Shown: positions 1 through 8,237 of the stretch, piece after piece
Layout: each line of letters starts with the position of its first letter
Position numbering within the stretch: the stretch's first letter is position 1
Assembly (NCBI GenBank): GCA_039934535.1
Contig: JBDTLY010000001.1
Location: 1 to 40,388 of the forward strand
Length of the DNA stretch: 40,388 nt
Reading direction: 5' to 3'
Origin: Casimicrobiaceae bacterium
Lineage (GTDB): Bacteria > Pseudomonadota > Gammaproteobacteria > Burkholderiales > Casimicrobiaceae
Program-made: the position numbers and the translations under genes
The notes under the pieces: generated by a model
Told to the model about the DNA's origin: nothing
Databases searched by the model: none
The model's input: the letters and a program-made list of their open reading frames with translations, nothing else

Positions 1-266
1 TCGCCGCCCATGAACAGCGAAATGCCGAGGATTCCCTCGTTGCCGACGACCGCGATTTCGGCCGACGCGCCGTCCGCCAGGACGTACAGCAACGACACGA
101 TGGACGTCGTGGGGAAATAGACATGCTGCAGCTTGCCGCCCGATTCGTAGAGGGCTTCGCCGAGCGGCATCGGAACGAGCTCCAGATGCGGCGACAGGCG
201 CTCGAATTCGGCCGGCGGCAAGGCGGCCAGCAGATGGTTTTGCCTCGGACTATTGTTTGTGGACAT
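1..266 (-). CDS. Crp/Fnr family transcriptional regulator; N-terminal part only, the gene runs off the left edge
   Basis: Not in the ORF track. The reverse complement of 1..266 reads MSTNNSPRQNHLLAALPPAEFERLSPHLELVPMPLGEALYESGGKLQHVYFPTTSIVSLLYVLADGASAEIAVVGNEGILGISLFMGG. This is the typical start of the cNMP-binding-like barrel of Crp/Fnr regulators. The ATG at 266..264 is preceded by AAGGTGGAG. Confidence 0.75.
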   Translation of the reverse strand, partial: MSTNNSPRQNHLLAALPPAEFERLSPHLELVPMPLGEALYESGGKLQHVYFPTTSIVSLLYVLADGASAEIAVVGNEGILGISLFMGG

Positions 267-530
267 GGGCTCGCTCCACCTTTCCAGTCCGCCGCTCGTG
301 CGGGGTCTGACGCACCACGCGGATGGCAATCTCCACGCAAAGGATAGCACGCCGAACAGGCGTCAAGTGCCTTGTCCGTACGGCACCGTACATTCCCGAC
401 GGGCGGTCATGCGCCACCTGTCCGACGGGGCGTTTCCGGTCATGGGTGCGTTAGCGAACGGACGACGGCCCGGTCGATGCGTAGTCTCCATTTGCAGACC
501 ATCGCATTCAAACTCAATGGAGATCGGCAC

Positions 531-842
531 ATGACAAAGTTCAATCGCATTTCGGCGATCGTCGCGGCGGTCGCCTTCGCGGCGCTCGCGGGCTGTGCTT
601 CGACACGCACGCAGGAAAGCACGGGCCAATACATCGACGACACGGCCATTACCACCAACGTGAAGGCGGCGATCCTCAACGCCCCGTCGCTGAAGTCGGC
701 CGAGATCAACGTCGAGACGTTCAAGAGCCGGGTCCAGCTGAGCGGCTTCGTGCGCTCGCAATCCAACATGGACGAGGCGGTCAAGGTTGCGTCGGCCGTC
801 AAGGGCGTCTCGTCGGTCAAGAATGACATGGTGCTGAAGTAA
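531..842 (+). CDS. BON domain-containing lipoprotein (OsmY-like)
   Basis: Internal ATG of ORF 372..842, preceded by AATGGAGA. N-terminus MTKFNRISAIVAAVAFAALAGC has a lipobox (LAGC). A BON-type body follows (IDDTAITTNVKAAIL...VETFKSRVQLSGFV...AVKVASAVKGVSSVKNDM). Confidence 0.8.
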   Translation: MTKFNRISAIVAAVAFAALAGCASTRTQESTGQYIDDTAITTNVKAAILNAPSLKSAEINVETFKSRVQLSGFVRSQSNMDEAVKVASAVKGVSSVKNDMVLK

Positions 843-2083
843 TGCCGGGACCGGCAGATTGCGCCAGCGGTGTGCCGGTGTCGAAAGAAGATTCGCCATT
901 GAATAAAGCGGCCGCGCAGCACGCGGCTGCCGGCGTTCCACCCGCGACCGAATCGGCGGTTGCGCAGTCGCGCACCCGTCACGTCGTGACAATGAGCCGC
1001 GCGCTGATCGTCCTGGCGGTCATTGCAGTCGTTGCTTCGCTTTACTTTGCGCGCGCCTTCCTGGTGCCGCTGCTGATCGGCATTCTCGTCAGCTATACGC
1101 TGCGCCCCATCGTCGATTGGTTGAGGGCGCTGCGCATTCCGCGGGCCGTGGGGGCGGCGCTCGTCATGGCCGTGCTCGTCAGCGGCGTCTTCTGGATCGG
1201 GCAATCGGTGGGCGATCAAGCCACGGCGATGATCGAGAAACTTCCGGATGCGGCGCGAAAGCTGCGCCAGAATCTGAGTTCCGCGCGCGCGACCGCGCCT
1301 ACCGCCCTGCAAAACGTGCAGGAAGCGGCCAACGAACTGCAGGGCGTCGCCGCCGATGTGGCCCAGAAGCCGGGCACGCGCCCGGCGTCGGCGTCGGCGC
1401 CGGCGTCAGCGTCAGCGTCAGCGTCGAATTCCACGCTGTGGCTGCGCGACTACGCGCTCGCGCAATCGGCGCTCCTGGTGTCGGTCGCGGCGCAGACGCC
1501 GATCGTGCTCCTGCTCGCGTATTTCCTGCTGGCGTCCGGCGAGCACTTCCGGCGCAAGCTGGTTCAGTTCGTGGGCCCGTCGCTGTCGCGCAAGAAGGAA
1601 GCGTTGCGCACGCTCGAGGAAATCGACTCCCAGGTGCAGCGCTACCTGTTCGCGACGCTCGTGTCGAACGCGCTCGTCGGAATCGCGACCTGGCTCGCCT
1701 TCGAGGCGATCGGCATGGAGCAGGCCGGCGTGTGGGGCGTTTTCGCCGGCGTGCTGCACTTCGTTCCGTACCTCGGTCCGGTTGTGATGGCAATCACCGC
1801 CGGCGTGGCGGGCTTCCTGCAGTTCGGAACGCCGTTGCACGCGCTCGCCGTGGCGGGCGCGACGATGGTGATTTCCGGCGTAATCGGCATGATGTTCATG
1901 CCCTGGCTGCTGAGCCGGTTCGCGAGCGTCAACGCCGCCGTGCTGTTCATCGCCCTGCTGTTCTTCGGCTGGCTGTGGGGCGTTGCGGGCCTGCTGCTTG
2001 GCGCGCCGCTGGTCGCGATCGCCAAGGTGATCTGCGACCGCATCCCTTCCCTCAATCCCGCCGGCGAATTGCTCGGGCGTTGA
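842..2083 (+). CDS. AI-2E family transporter (PerM/UPF0118-type permease)
   Basis: 413-aa ORF with multiple hydrophobic helices and a typical AI-2E C-terminal region (VLHFVPYLGPVV...LLGAPLVAIAKVICD). The ATG at 842 overlaps the BON stop (TAATG). An alternative start is ATG 992 (MSRALIVLAV). Confidence 0.8.
   Translation: MPGPADCASGVPVSKEDSPLNKAAAQHAAAGVPPATESAVAQSRTRHVVTMSRALIVLAVIAVVASLYFARAFLVPLLIGILVSYTLRPIVDWLRALRIPRAVGAALVMAVLVSGVFWIGQSVGDQATAMIEKLPDAARKLRQNLSSARATAPTALQNVQEAANELQGVAADVAQKPGTRPASASAPASASASASNSTLWLRDYALAQSALLVSVAAQTPIVLLLAYFLLASGEHFRRKLVQFVGPSLSRKKEALRTLEEIDSQVQRYLFATLVSNALVGIATWLAFEAIGMEQAGVWGVFAGVLHFVPYLGPVVMAITAGVAGFLQFGTPLHALAVAGATMVISGVIGMMFMPWLLSRFASVNAAVLFIALLFFGWLWGVAGLLLGAPLVAIAKVICDRIPSLNPAGELLGR
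1385..1426 (+). repeat. Imperfect hexanucleotide (GCGTCR/GCGCCG) x7 tract encoding ASASAPASASASAS, inside the AI-2E gene
   Basis: Read directly: gcgtcg gcgtcg gcgccg gcgtca gcgtca gcgtca gcgtcg, in frame with the ORF that starts at 842. Confidence 0.9.
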
Positions 2084-2194
2084 CTATCTTGTCCGGTGTG
2101 TGCGAGACCGTACAGAAATGCCGCGCGGCACCGGGCATCCTTGCCTGCGAGCGGGGTTGAAGATCCAGCGCCGCCGCACGAAAGGATAGCCAAC

Positions 2195-2344
2195 ATGCTC
2201 TATACCATCGCCGTCGTCCTCGTCATCCTGTGGCTGCTCGGGCTCGTCACGTCGGTCACCATGGGCGGCCTCATCCACGTCCTGCTGGTCATTGCCGTCG
2301 TCGTGATTCTTCTTCAGGTCATCGGCGGACGCAGGTCGCTGTAG
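2195..2344 (+). CDS. Small two-helix membrane protein (lmo0937-like family)
   Basis: Internal ATG of ORF 2096..2344, preceded by AAAGGATAG. Product is MLYTIAVVLVILWLLGLVTSVTMGGLIHVLLVIAVVVILLQVIGGRRSL (49 aa). This matches the conserved small membrane protein pattern. Confidence 0.65.
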   Translation: MLYTIAVVLVILWLLGLVTSVTMGGLIHVLLVIAVVVILLQVIGGRRSL

Positions 2345-2381
2345 GAAATCCTTAGCGCGGATGACGCCGGTTCTCCGGCGC

Positions 2382-2975
2382 TCATCCATCCTGCAGCGCG
2401 GCCGGCTGGACTCCCGAGCTTTCCTCGAGCTGCCGCGCCCAATGCGCGAGATTCTCCAAAAGCTGGCGGATCAATTTCCGGCTCGCTTCGTCAACCAGCA
2501 GTCCCTGCTTGTCGAATGCCTTGCCGGCGTTGTCGATCATGACTTCCGGCTCGTTCACCGGATGCATGTCGAGGGAGACGAAGGTCTGCCGCAGGTGATT
2601 CTGCGCCCGCATGGTGCCGAACATCGACACCGAAGCGCCCATCACGGCCACCGGTTTGCCCTCCCATGCGCTGTCGCCATACGGCCGCGACGCGCAATCG
2701 ATGGCGTTCTTCAGCACGCCCGACATCGAATAGTTGTATTCCGGCGTTGCGAACAGGATCGCGTCGGCCCCGCGTATCGCGTCCTTGAACGCGACGACCC
2801 TGGGCGCGGGTTGGGCCTCCTTGTCCTGGTTGAACATGGGGAGCCCCTCCAGGTCGAAAATGTCGAGACGCGTCCCGGCGGGCAGAAGTCCCTGCGCGGC
2901 GATGAGCGCGGCGCGGTTGTAGGACGCGCGGCGCAGGCTGCCGGGAATGCCCAGGATCGTCAGCGTTCCATTCAT
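2382..2975 (-). CDS. NADPH-dependent FMN reductase family oxidoreductase
   Basis: 197-aa ORF starting MNGTLTILGIPGSLRRASYNRAAL. It also carries ADAILFATPEYNYSMSGVLKNAIDCASRP, the flavodoxin-like FMN reductase signature. Confidence 0.85.
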   Translation of the reverse strand: MNGTLTILGIPGSLRRASYNRAALIAAQGLLPAGTRLDIFDLEGLPMFNQDKEAQPAPRVVAFKDAIRGADAILFATPEYNYSMSGVLKNAIDCASRPYGDSAWEGKPVAVMGASVSMFGTMRAQNHLRQTFVSLDMHPVNEPEVMIDNAGKAFDKQGLLVDEASRKLIRQLLENLAHWARQLEESSGVQPAALQDG

Positions 2976-2982
2976 TGGATAG

Positions 2983-3153
2983 TCAGCAACCGGGAATGTG
3001 CAGTCGCTCGTCGAGTTGAAGTTCGAGCGCCTCGACTATGAAGAACGCTTCGACGTATTTTTCTTTCAGCCCGGCGGCGCGCCAATTGTCGCGATCGGCC
3101 ACGGCCTCGGCGATGCGGTCCTTGATGGCGACGATCTCTTCCTGAAGGGTCAT
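2983..3153 (-). CDS. Hypothetical small protein (56 aa), immediately upstream of the FMN reductase
   Basis: Below the ORF-track size cut-off; translated by hand as MTLQEEIVAIKDRIAEAVADRDNWRAAGLKEKYVEAFFIVEALELQLDERLHIPGC. Third codon positions are GC-rich. The stop lies 7 nt before the reductase ATG. There is no clear SD. Confidence 0.4.
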   Translation of the reverse strand: MTLQEEIVAIKDRIAEAVADRDNWRAAGLKEKYVEAFFIVEALELQLDERLHIPGC

Positions 3154-3280
3154 GGCAGATCCATGGCGGGTTCAGGCTGCAGAGTGCGCGGATCGGCGCT
3201 CGCATGTCTGTGCGCTTTCGCACGCAGCATGATCCATCGCGTCCAGCGAGGGACGCGTCATCCCGACGCGAAACGAGACG

Positions 3281-3406
3281 TCAGCGCTTGACGATCGGCA
3301 ACGCGTCGCCGGCGTGCTTCTTCTGCTGCTTGATCGCCTTTTTCTCCTTCGGCGTCAGCAGCGGCTTCTTCTTGTCTTCCTTCGGGGGTCGGTGGGACTG
3401 GGCCAT
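3281..3406 (-). CDS. Hypothetical small basic protein (41 aa)
   Basis: Translated by hand as MAQSHRPPKEDKKKPLLTPKEKKAIKQQKKHAGDALPIVKR. A strong SD (AAGGAGCGAACACC) sits directly before the ATG at 3406..3404. Confidence 0.5.
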   Translation of the reverse strand: MAQSHRPPKEDKKKPLLTPKEKKAIKQQKKHAGDALPIVKR

Positions 3407-3578
3407 GGTGTTCGCTCCTTGGGCGCCGGTCGGGGGCGAGGCGCACCTAAACTATAGCCCGATCTCCCGATGAATGCAGCCGCTTGCGCCGTCGAGCCGG
3501 AGAGCAAGCGCTTACTCCTATAGGGAATTGTCAGGTTGGCGGGTTGGCGGGCGACAATGAGAGATCACCGCGCCCGCC

Positions 3579-3608
3579 TTGACACAATCGGGCCAATCAC
3601 CCTAGGAT
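3579..3608 (+). promoter_or_regulatory. Candidate sigma70 promoter of the TetR-fadE operon
   Basis: TTGACA (3579..3584), an 18-nt spacer, then TAGGAT (3603..3608). It lies about 90 nt upstream of the TetR ATG. Confidence 0.4.
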
Positions 3609-3624
3609 TCAAACGAACGTTTGA
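3609..3624. promoter_or_regulatory. PsrA-type operator (inverted repeat TCAAACG-AA-CGTTTGA)
   Basis: Perfect 7-bp inverted-repeat arms. The core CAAAC-N4-GTTTG abuts the candidate -10 element and sits upstream of a TetR gene that heads a fad operon. Confidence 0.55.
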
Positions 3625-3698
3625 TTTAGTTGGGGGCCGCGCGTGGCGGCTCGAACCCGCGCGGAGGCTCGGCATTCGTGGTCGGCAATGTCATCCGG

Positions 3699-4421
3699 AT
3701 GATCGACAAGGAAGTGCCGGTCGCGACCAAGGACCGGATCCTCGACGCCGCCGAATCCCTCTTCATGGAGCACGGATTCGAGGCGACGAGCCTGCGCTCG
3801 ATCACCGCCGCCGCGGGCGTCAACCTCGCGGCGGTCAACTACCACTTCGGCAGCAAGGAAGAGCTGTTCCAGGCCGTGCTGACGCGGCGGCTCGACCCGA
3901 TGAACCAGGAGCGTCTCGATCTCCTGACTGCGCTCGAGCGCGCGGCGGCGCCACGCCCCGTCGCTTGCGAACAGATCCTGTCCGCGATGTTCGTGCCGGC
4001 ATTGAAGCTCGCCCGCGACCGCGAGCGCGGCGGCAAGGACTTCCTGCGGCTCCTCGGCCGCGCGTACGCCGATCCCGCGCCGTTCATCCGCCACTTCCTG
4101 TCGGGCCAGTATGCGGTGATGATCGCGCGGTTCAAGGCGGCATTCGCGCACGCGCTGCCGGAACTGCCGCCGAAGGAGTTGTCGTGGCGCCTGCATTTCA
4201 TCATGGGCGCGCTGTCCTACACGCTGGCCGGGACCGACGCGCTCAAGCTCATTGCCGAACTCACGCCCGCGGAATCGGGCAACGACGAATTGCTGCTGCG
4301 CCGCCTCGCGCCCTTCCTGCTCGCCGGATTGCAGTCGCCGCTGCCGGAAACCTCCGCCGCCGGTCGCGCGCTCGACGGCGAACTGAAACACCTGCGTTGC
4401 AGCGCCCCCGCTTCCCGATGA
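3699..4421 (+). CDS. TetR/AcrR family transcriptional regulator (probable PsrA-like fatty-acid-responsive repressor)
   Basis: Internal ATG of ORF 3630..4421. The N-terminal HTH is MIDKEVPVATKDRILDAAESLFMEHGFEATSLRSITAAAGVNLAAVNYHFGSKEELF. The gene is followed after 22 nt by fadE. Confidence 0.85.
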   Translation: MIDKEVPVATKDRILDAAESLFMEHGFEATSLRSITAAAGVNLAAVNYHFGSKEELFQAVLTRRLDPMNQERLDLLTALERAAAPRPVACEQILSAMFVPALKLARDRERGGKDFLRLLGRAYADPAPFIRHFLSGQYAVMIARFKAAFAHALPELPPKELSWRLHFIMGALSYTLAGTDALKLIAELTPAESGNDELLLRRLAPFLLAGLQSPLPETSAAGRALDGELKHLRCSAPASR

Positions 4422-4443
4422 TCCTCGCTCCAAGGAGTCTTCG

Positions 4444-6957
4444 ATGCTGACCCTGATCTGGTTCCTCGCTGTCCTCCTCGGCATGCTCGTGCTCGCCTAT
4501 CTAAACGTCTCGGGAATCGTTTGGAGCGCGGCGTTGGCCGGCGCGATCGCCGTCGCTTGGGGGACGCATGCGCTTCCCGTCTGGCTTTCGCTCGCCTTGA
4601 GCGGGCTGTTCGTGCTGCTCGCGATCCCGCTCAACATCCCGGTGTTGCGGCGCAAGCTGATCAGCGACGCGATATTCGCGGCGTTCCGCAAGGTGCTGCC
4701 GCCGATGTCGCAGACCGAGCGCGAGGCGATCGAAGCGGGCACCGTCTGGTGGGACGCCGAGCTGTTCTCGGGACGGCCGCAATGGCGAAAGCTGCTCGAC
4801 GCGCCCGCGCCCGCACTCACCGCCGACGAACAGCACTTCCTCGACCACGAGACCGAGGAACTGTGCGCGATGGTGACCGACTGGGAAACCACGAACGTTT
4901 ACCGCGACCTTCCACCCGCCGTCTGGCAGTTCATCAAGGACAAGGGCTTCTGGGGGATGAACATCGCGAAGGAGTACGGCGGGCTCGGATTCTCCGCGTA
5001 TGCGCATTCGCAGGTCATGACCAAGCTCTCGACGCACTCGGGCACCATCTCGGTGACGGTGATGGTGCCGAATTCGCTCGGGCCCGGCGAGCTCCTCGCG
5101 CACTACGGCACCGACGAGCAGAAGCGCTACTACCTGCCGCGCCTCGCGCAGGGCCTCGAAATCCCGTGCTTCGCGCTCACCAATCCGACAGCCGGCTCGG
5201 ATGCCGCGGCGATTCCTGACTACGGCGTCGTCTGCTGGGGCGAGCACGAAGGCAAGCGTGTCCTCGGCCTCCGCGTCACCTGGGACAAGCGCTACATCAC
5301 GCTGGGACCGGTCGCCACGCTGCTCGGGCTCGCGTTCCGCGCGTTCGACCCCGACCATCTCGCCGGCGACAAGGACGACATCGGCATCACCTGCGCGCTC
5401 ATTCCGACGTCGCACCCCGGTGTCGACATCGGCCGCCGGCACATGGCGATGAGCGCGGTGTTCCAGAACGGCCCGAATTGGGGCCGTGACGTCTTCATCC
5501 CGATGGACTGGATCATCGGCGGCCAGCCGATGCTTGGGCGCGGCTGGCGGATGCTGATGGAGTGCCTGGCCGCGGGCCGCGGCATTTCGCTGCCGTCGTC
5601 GGGCACTGGCATGGCGAAGCTGGCCGTGCGCGCCACCGGTGGCTACGCGCGCGTGCGCACGCAGTTCAAGGTGCCCATCGGCCGCTTCGAAGGCGTCGAG
5701 GAGGCGCTGACGCGGATGGGCGGCAATCTCTACATGATGGATGCCACGCGCGTGCTCACCGCGAGCGCCATCGACATGGGCGAGAAGCCGGCGGTGCTGT
5801 CGGGGATCGCGAAGCTGCATCTCACCGAGCGCGGCCGCCAGGTCGTCATCGACGCGATGGACGTCGTCGGCGGCAAGGGCATCATGATGGGGCCGTCGAA
5901 TTTCCTCGGCGCCGCGTACATGCAGCTCCCGGTCGCGATCACGGTGGAAGGCGCCAACATCCTGACGCGCAGCCTGATCGTGTTCGGCCAGGGCGCGATC
6001 CGCTGTCATCCGTTCGTGCTGAAGGAGATCGAGGCGACGCGCGAGGCCGATCCCGCGAAAGCCTCGGCGGCGTTCGACGCGGCGCTCTTCGGCCACATCG
6101 GGTTCACGCTGTCGAACATGGCGCGCACGCTCGTCACGGGCCTCACCGGCTCGCACTTCGTCAACGTGCCGGCCAACGTGGCGCCGGAAACGCACCGCTA
6201 CTACCAGCAGCTCACGCGCTTTTCTGCGGCGCTCGCATTCCTCGCCGACGTCTCGATGGGCTCGCTCGGCGGCGCGCTGAAGCGCAAGGAAAAGCTCTCC
6301 GCGCGTCTCGGCGACATCCTGTCGCTCATGTATTTGAGCTCCGCGACGCTGAAGCGCTACGAGACGGAAGGGCGGCAGCAGGCCGACGCGCCGCTGATGC
6401 ATTGGGCGATGTGGGACGCGATGTTCAAGGCGCAAACCGCGTTCGAGGGCGTCATCTCGAACTTCCCCAATCGTTTTATCGCCGCCGTCCTGCGGCGGTT
6501 CGTGTTCCCGCTCGGCCGGCCGTATTTCGTGCCGTCGGATGCGCTGGGACACGAAGTCGCGAAGCTCGTGCTCGAGCCGTCGGCGACGCGCGACCGGCTC
6601 ACGTCCGGCATGTACGTGCCGACTTCCGGCGAAAACCCCGTCGCGCAGATCGAACGCGCGCTGGCGGCGACCCTCGTGTCGGAGCCCATCGAGGCGAGGA
6701 TCCGCGCCGCGGCGAAGGAAGGCCGCTTCGACGCGAAGGTGCCGGCGGGCGGCGGCCTCGACGCGCTCGTCGCGCGCGCGCAGGCGGCGGGTATCGTCAC
6801 GTCGGCCGAAGGCGCGCAGGTGATCGCCGCGCGCGACCTGACCGCCAAGGTCATCCGGGTCGACGACTTTCCGCAGGATCTCGGGCTGTCGGAAATGCAG
6901 GCGGCGCACACGGATGCGGCCGCGCCGGCGGCGGTCGTGCACAAGGCTGCCGCATGA
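4444..6957 (+). CDS. fadE: Acyl-CoA dehydrogenase, large FadE type
   Basis: 837-aa ORF. It has an N-terminal membrane-like segment, an acyl-CoA dehydrogenase core (GLGFSAYAHSQVMTKL, CFALTNPTAGSDAAA) and a long C-terminal extension, as in FadE. Confidence 0.9.
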   Translation: MLTLIWFLAVLLGMLVLAYLNVSGIVWSAALAGAIAVAWGTHALPVWLSLALSGLFVLLAIPLNIPVLRRKLISDAIFAAFRKVLPPMSQTEREAIEAGTVWWDAELFSGRPQWRKLLDAPAPALTADEQHFLDHETEELCAMVTDWETTNVYRDLPPAVWQFIKDKGFWGMNIAKEYGGLGFSAYAHSQVMTKLSTHSGTISVTVMVPNSLGPGELLAHYGTDEQKRYYLPRLAQGLEIPCFALTNPTAGSDAAAIPDYGVVCWGEHEGKRVLGLRVTWDKRYITLGPVATLLGLAFRAFDPDHLAGDKDDIGITCALIPTSHPGVDIGRRHMAMSAVFQNGPNWGRDVFIPMDWIIGGQPMLGRGWRMLMECLAAGRGISLPSSGTGMAKLAVRATGGYARVRTQFKVPIGRFEGVEEALTRMGGNLYMMDATRVLTASAIDMGEKPAVLSGIAKLHLTERGRQVVIDAMDVVGGKGIMMGPSNFLGAAYMQLPVAITVEGANILTRSLIVFGQGAIRCHPFVLKEIEATREADPAKASAAFDAALFGHIGFTLSNMARTLVTGLTGSHFVNVPANVAPETHRYYQQLTRFSAALAFLADVSMGSLGGALKRKEKLSARLGDILSLMYLSSATLKRYETEGRQQADAPLMHWAMWDAMFKAQTAFEGVISNFPNRFIAAVLRRFVFPLGRPYFVPSDALGHEVAKLVLEPSATRDRLTSGMYVPTSGENPVAQIERALAATLVSEPIEARIRAAAKEGRFDAKVPAGGGLDALVARAQAAGIVTSAEGAQVIAARDLTAKVIRVDDFPQDLGLSEMQAAHTDAAAPAAVVHKAAA

Positions 6958-8237
6958 CCGAACCCGTCTACATCGTCGATGGCGCGCGCTCGCCGTTCCT
7001 GAAGTCGCGCAACCGGCCCGGGCCGTTTTCAGCGTCGGATCTGGCGACCGACGCCGGCCGCGCGCTGCTCCTGCGCCAGTCCTTCGACCCGCCGCAGCTT
7101 TCGGAGGTGATCCTGGGCTGCGCCGCGCCGTCGCCCGACGAAGTGAACATCGGACGCGTCGTTGCGCTGCGCATGGGCTGCGGCCAGAAGGTGCCCGGCT
7201 GGACCGTGATGCGCAATTGCGCGTCGGGAATGCAGGCGCTCGATTCTGCGATCGCGAACCTGCGCACCGGCCGCTCGGACCTGGTGCTCGCGGGAGGTGT
7301 TGACGCGCTGTCGCGCGCGCCGCTGCTGTTCTCCGATGCGATGGTCGTCTGGCTCGCAAGCTGGTACGCGGCGAAATCCCTCGGCCAGCGCGCGGCGCTG
7401 CTCGCGAAGTTCCGTCCTGGCTATCTTGCGCCGGTGATCGGCCTCATGAAAGGGCTCACCGACCCGATGGTCGGCCTGCTGATGGGCCAGACGGCGGAGA
7501 ATCTCGCGTACCGGTTCCACATCACGCGCCGCGAGATGGACGAGTTTTCCGCGCGCAGCCATCAGAAAGTGCTCGCCGCGCAGAAGGCCGGGCACTTCGA
7601 CGGTGAAATCGTTCCCCTGTACGACAAGACGGGCAAGCTGTACGCGGCCGATGACGGCGTGCGCGAGGATTCGACGGCGGACAACCTCGCGAAGCTCCGG
7701 CCGTTCTTCGACCGCAAGTACGGCAACGTCACCGCCGGCAACAGTTCGCAGATCACCGACGGCGCGGCGTGGCTCGTGCTCGCGTCCGAACGCGCGGTCG
7801 AAAAGCACAAGCTCGTGCCGAAAGGCCGCATCGTCGATTCGGAATGGGCAGGCCTCGATCCGGCGCAGATGGGCCTCGGACCCGTGTATGCGGCGACTCC
7901 GATCCTGAAGCGTCATGGGCTCGGGCTCAACGATCTCGACGCGTGGGAAATCAACGAAGCGTTCGCGGCGCAGGTGATCGGGTGCGAACGCGCGTGGGAG
8001 GACGTCGACTTCTGCCGGCAGGAACTCGGGCTCGAGGGCGCTTTTGGCAAGCTGGACGAATCGAAGCTCAACGTCGACGGCGGCGCGATCGCGCTCGGCC
8101 ATCCGGTCGGCGCGTCGGGCGCGCGGATCGTGCTCCATGTGCTGAACGTCCTCGAACGCACTGGCGGCAAGCGCGGCATGGCGGCGATCTGCATCGGCGG
8201 CGGCCTGGGCGGCGCGATGCTGGTCGAGCGCGCATGA
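6954..8237 (+). CDS. Acetyl-CoA C-acyltransferase (3-ketoacyl-CoA thiolase, FadI-like)
   Basis: Starts MTEPVYIVDGARSPFLKS, in frame with track ORF 5562..8237. Thiolase motifs are present (MRNCASGMQALDSA; NVDGGAIALGHPVGASGARI; ICIGGGLG). The ATG overlaps the fadE stop (ATGA). Confidence 0.9.
   Translation: MTEPVYIVDGARSPFLKSRNRPGPFSASDLATDAGRALLLRQSFDPPQLSEVILGCAAPSPDEVNIGRVVALRMGCGQKVPGWTVMRNCASGMQALDSAIANLRTGRSDLVLAGGVDALSRAPLLFSDAMVVWLASWYAAKSLGQRAALLAKFRPGYLAPVIGLMKGLTDPMVGLLMGQTAENLAYRFHITRREMDEFSARSHQKVLAAQKAGHFDGEIVPLYDKTGKLYAADDGVREDSTADNLAKLRPFFDRKYGNVTAGNSSQITDGAAWLVLASERAVEKHKLVPKGRIVDSEWAGLDPAQMGLGPVYAATPILKRHGLGLNDLDAWEINEAFAAQVIGCERAWEDVDFCRQELGLEGAFGKLDESKLNVDGGAIALGHPVGASGARIVLHVLNVLERTGGKRGMAAICIGGGLGGAMLVERA

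Noticed and set aside
3536-4484. Track ORFs overlapping the TetR gene (3536..4450 on the plus strand, 3609..4484 on the minus strand)
   Set aside because: They are alternative or antisense frames of a gene with a clear TetR HTH signature. Their translations are Arg/Pro-rich with no domain.
4501-7359. A 952-aa minus-strand ORF, with similar long ORFs at 15608..17728 (-), 35161..37896 (+), 36245..37624 (-) and 14042..15556 (-)
   Set aside because: All are antisense to, or out of frame with, confidently identified genes (fadE, fadN/thiolase, plsC/gmhB/glyS). All have Arg-rich, domain-free translations. They are high-GC artefacts.
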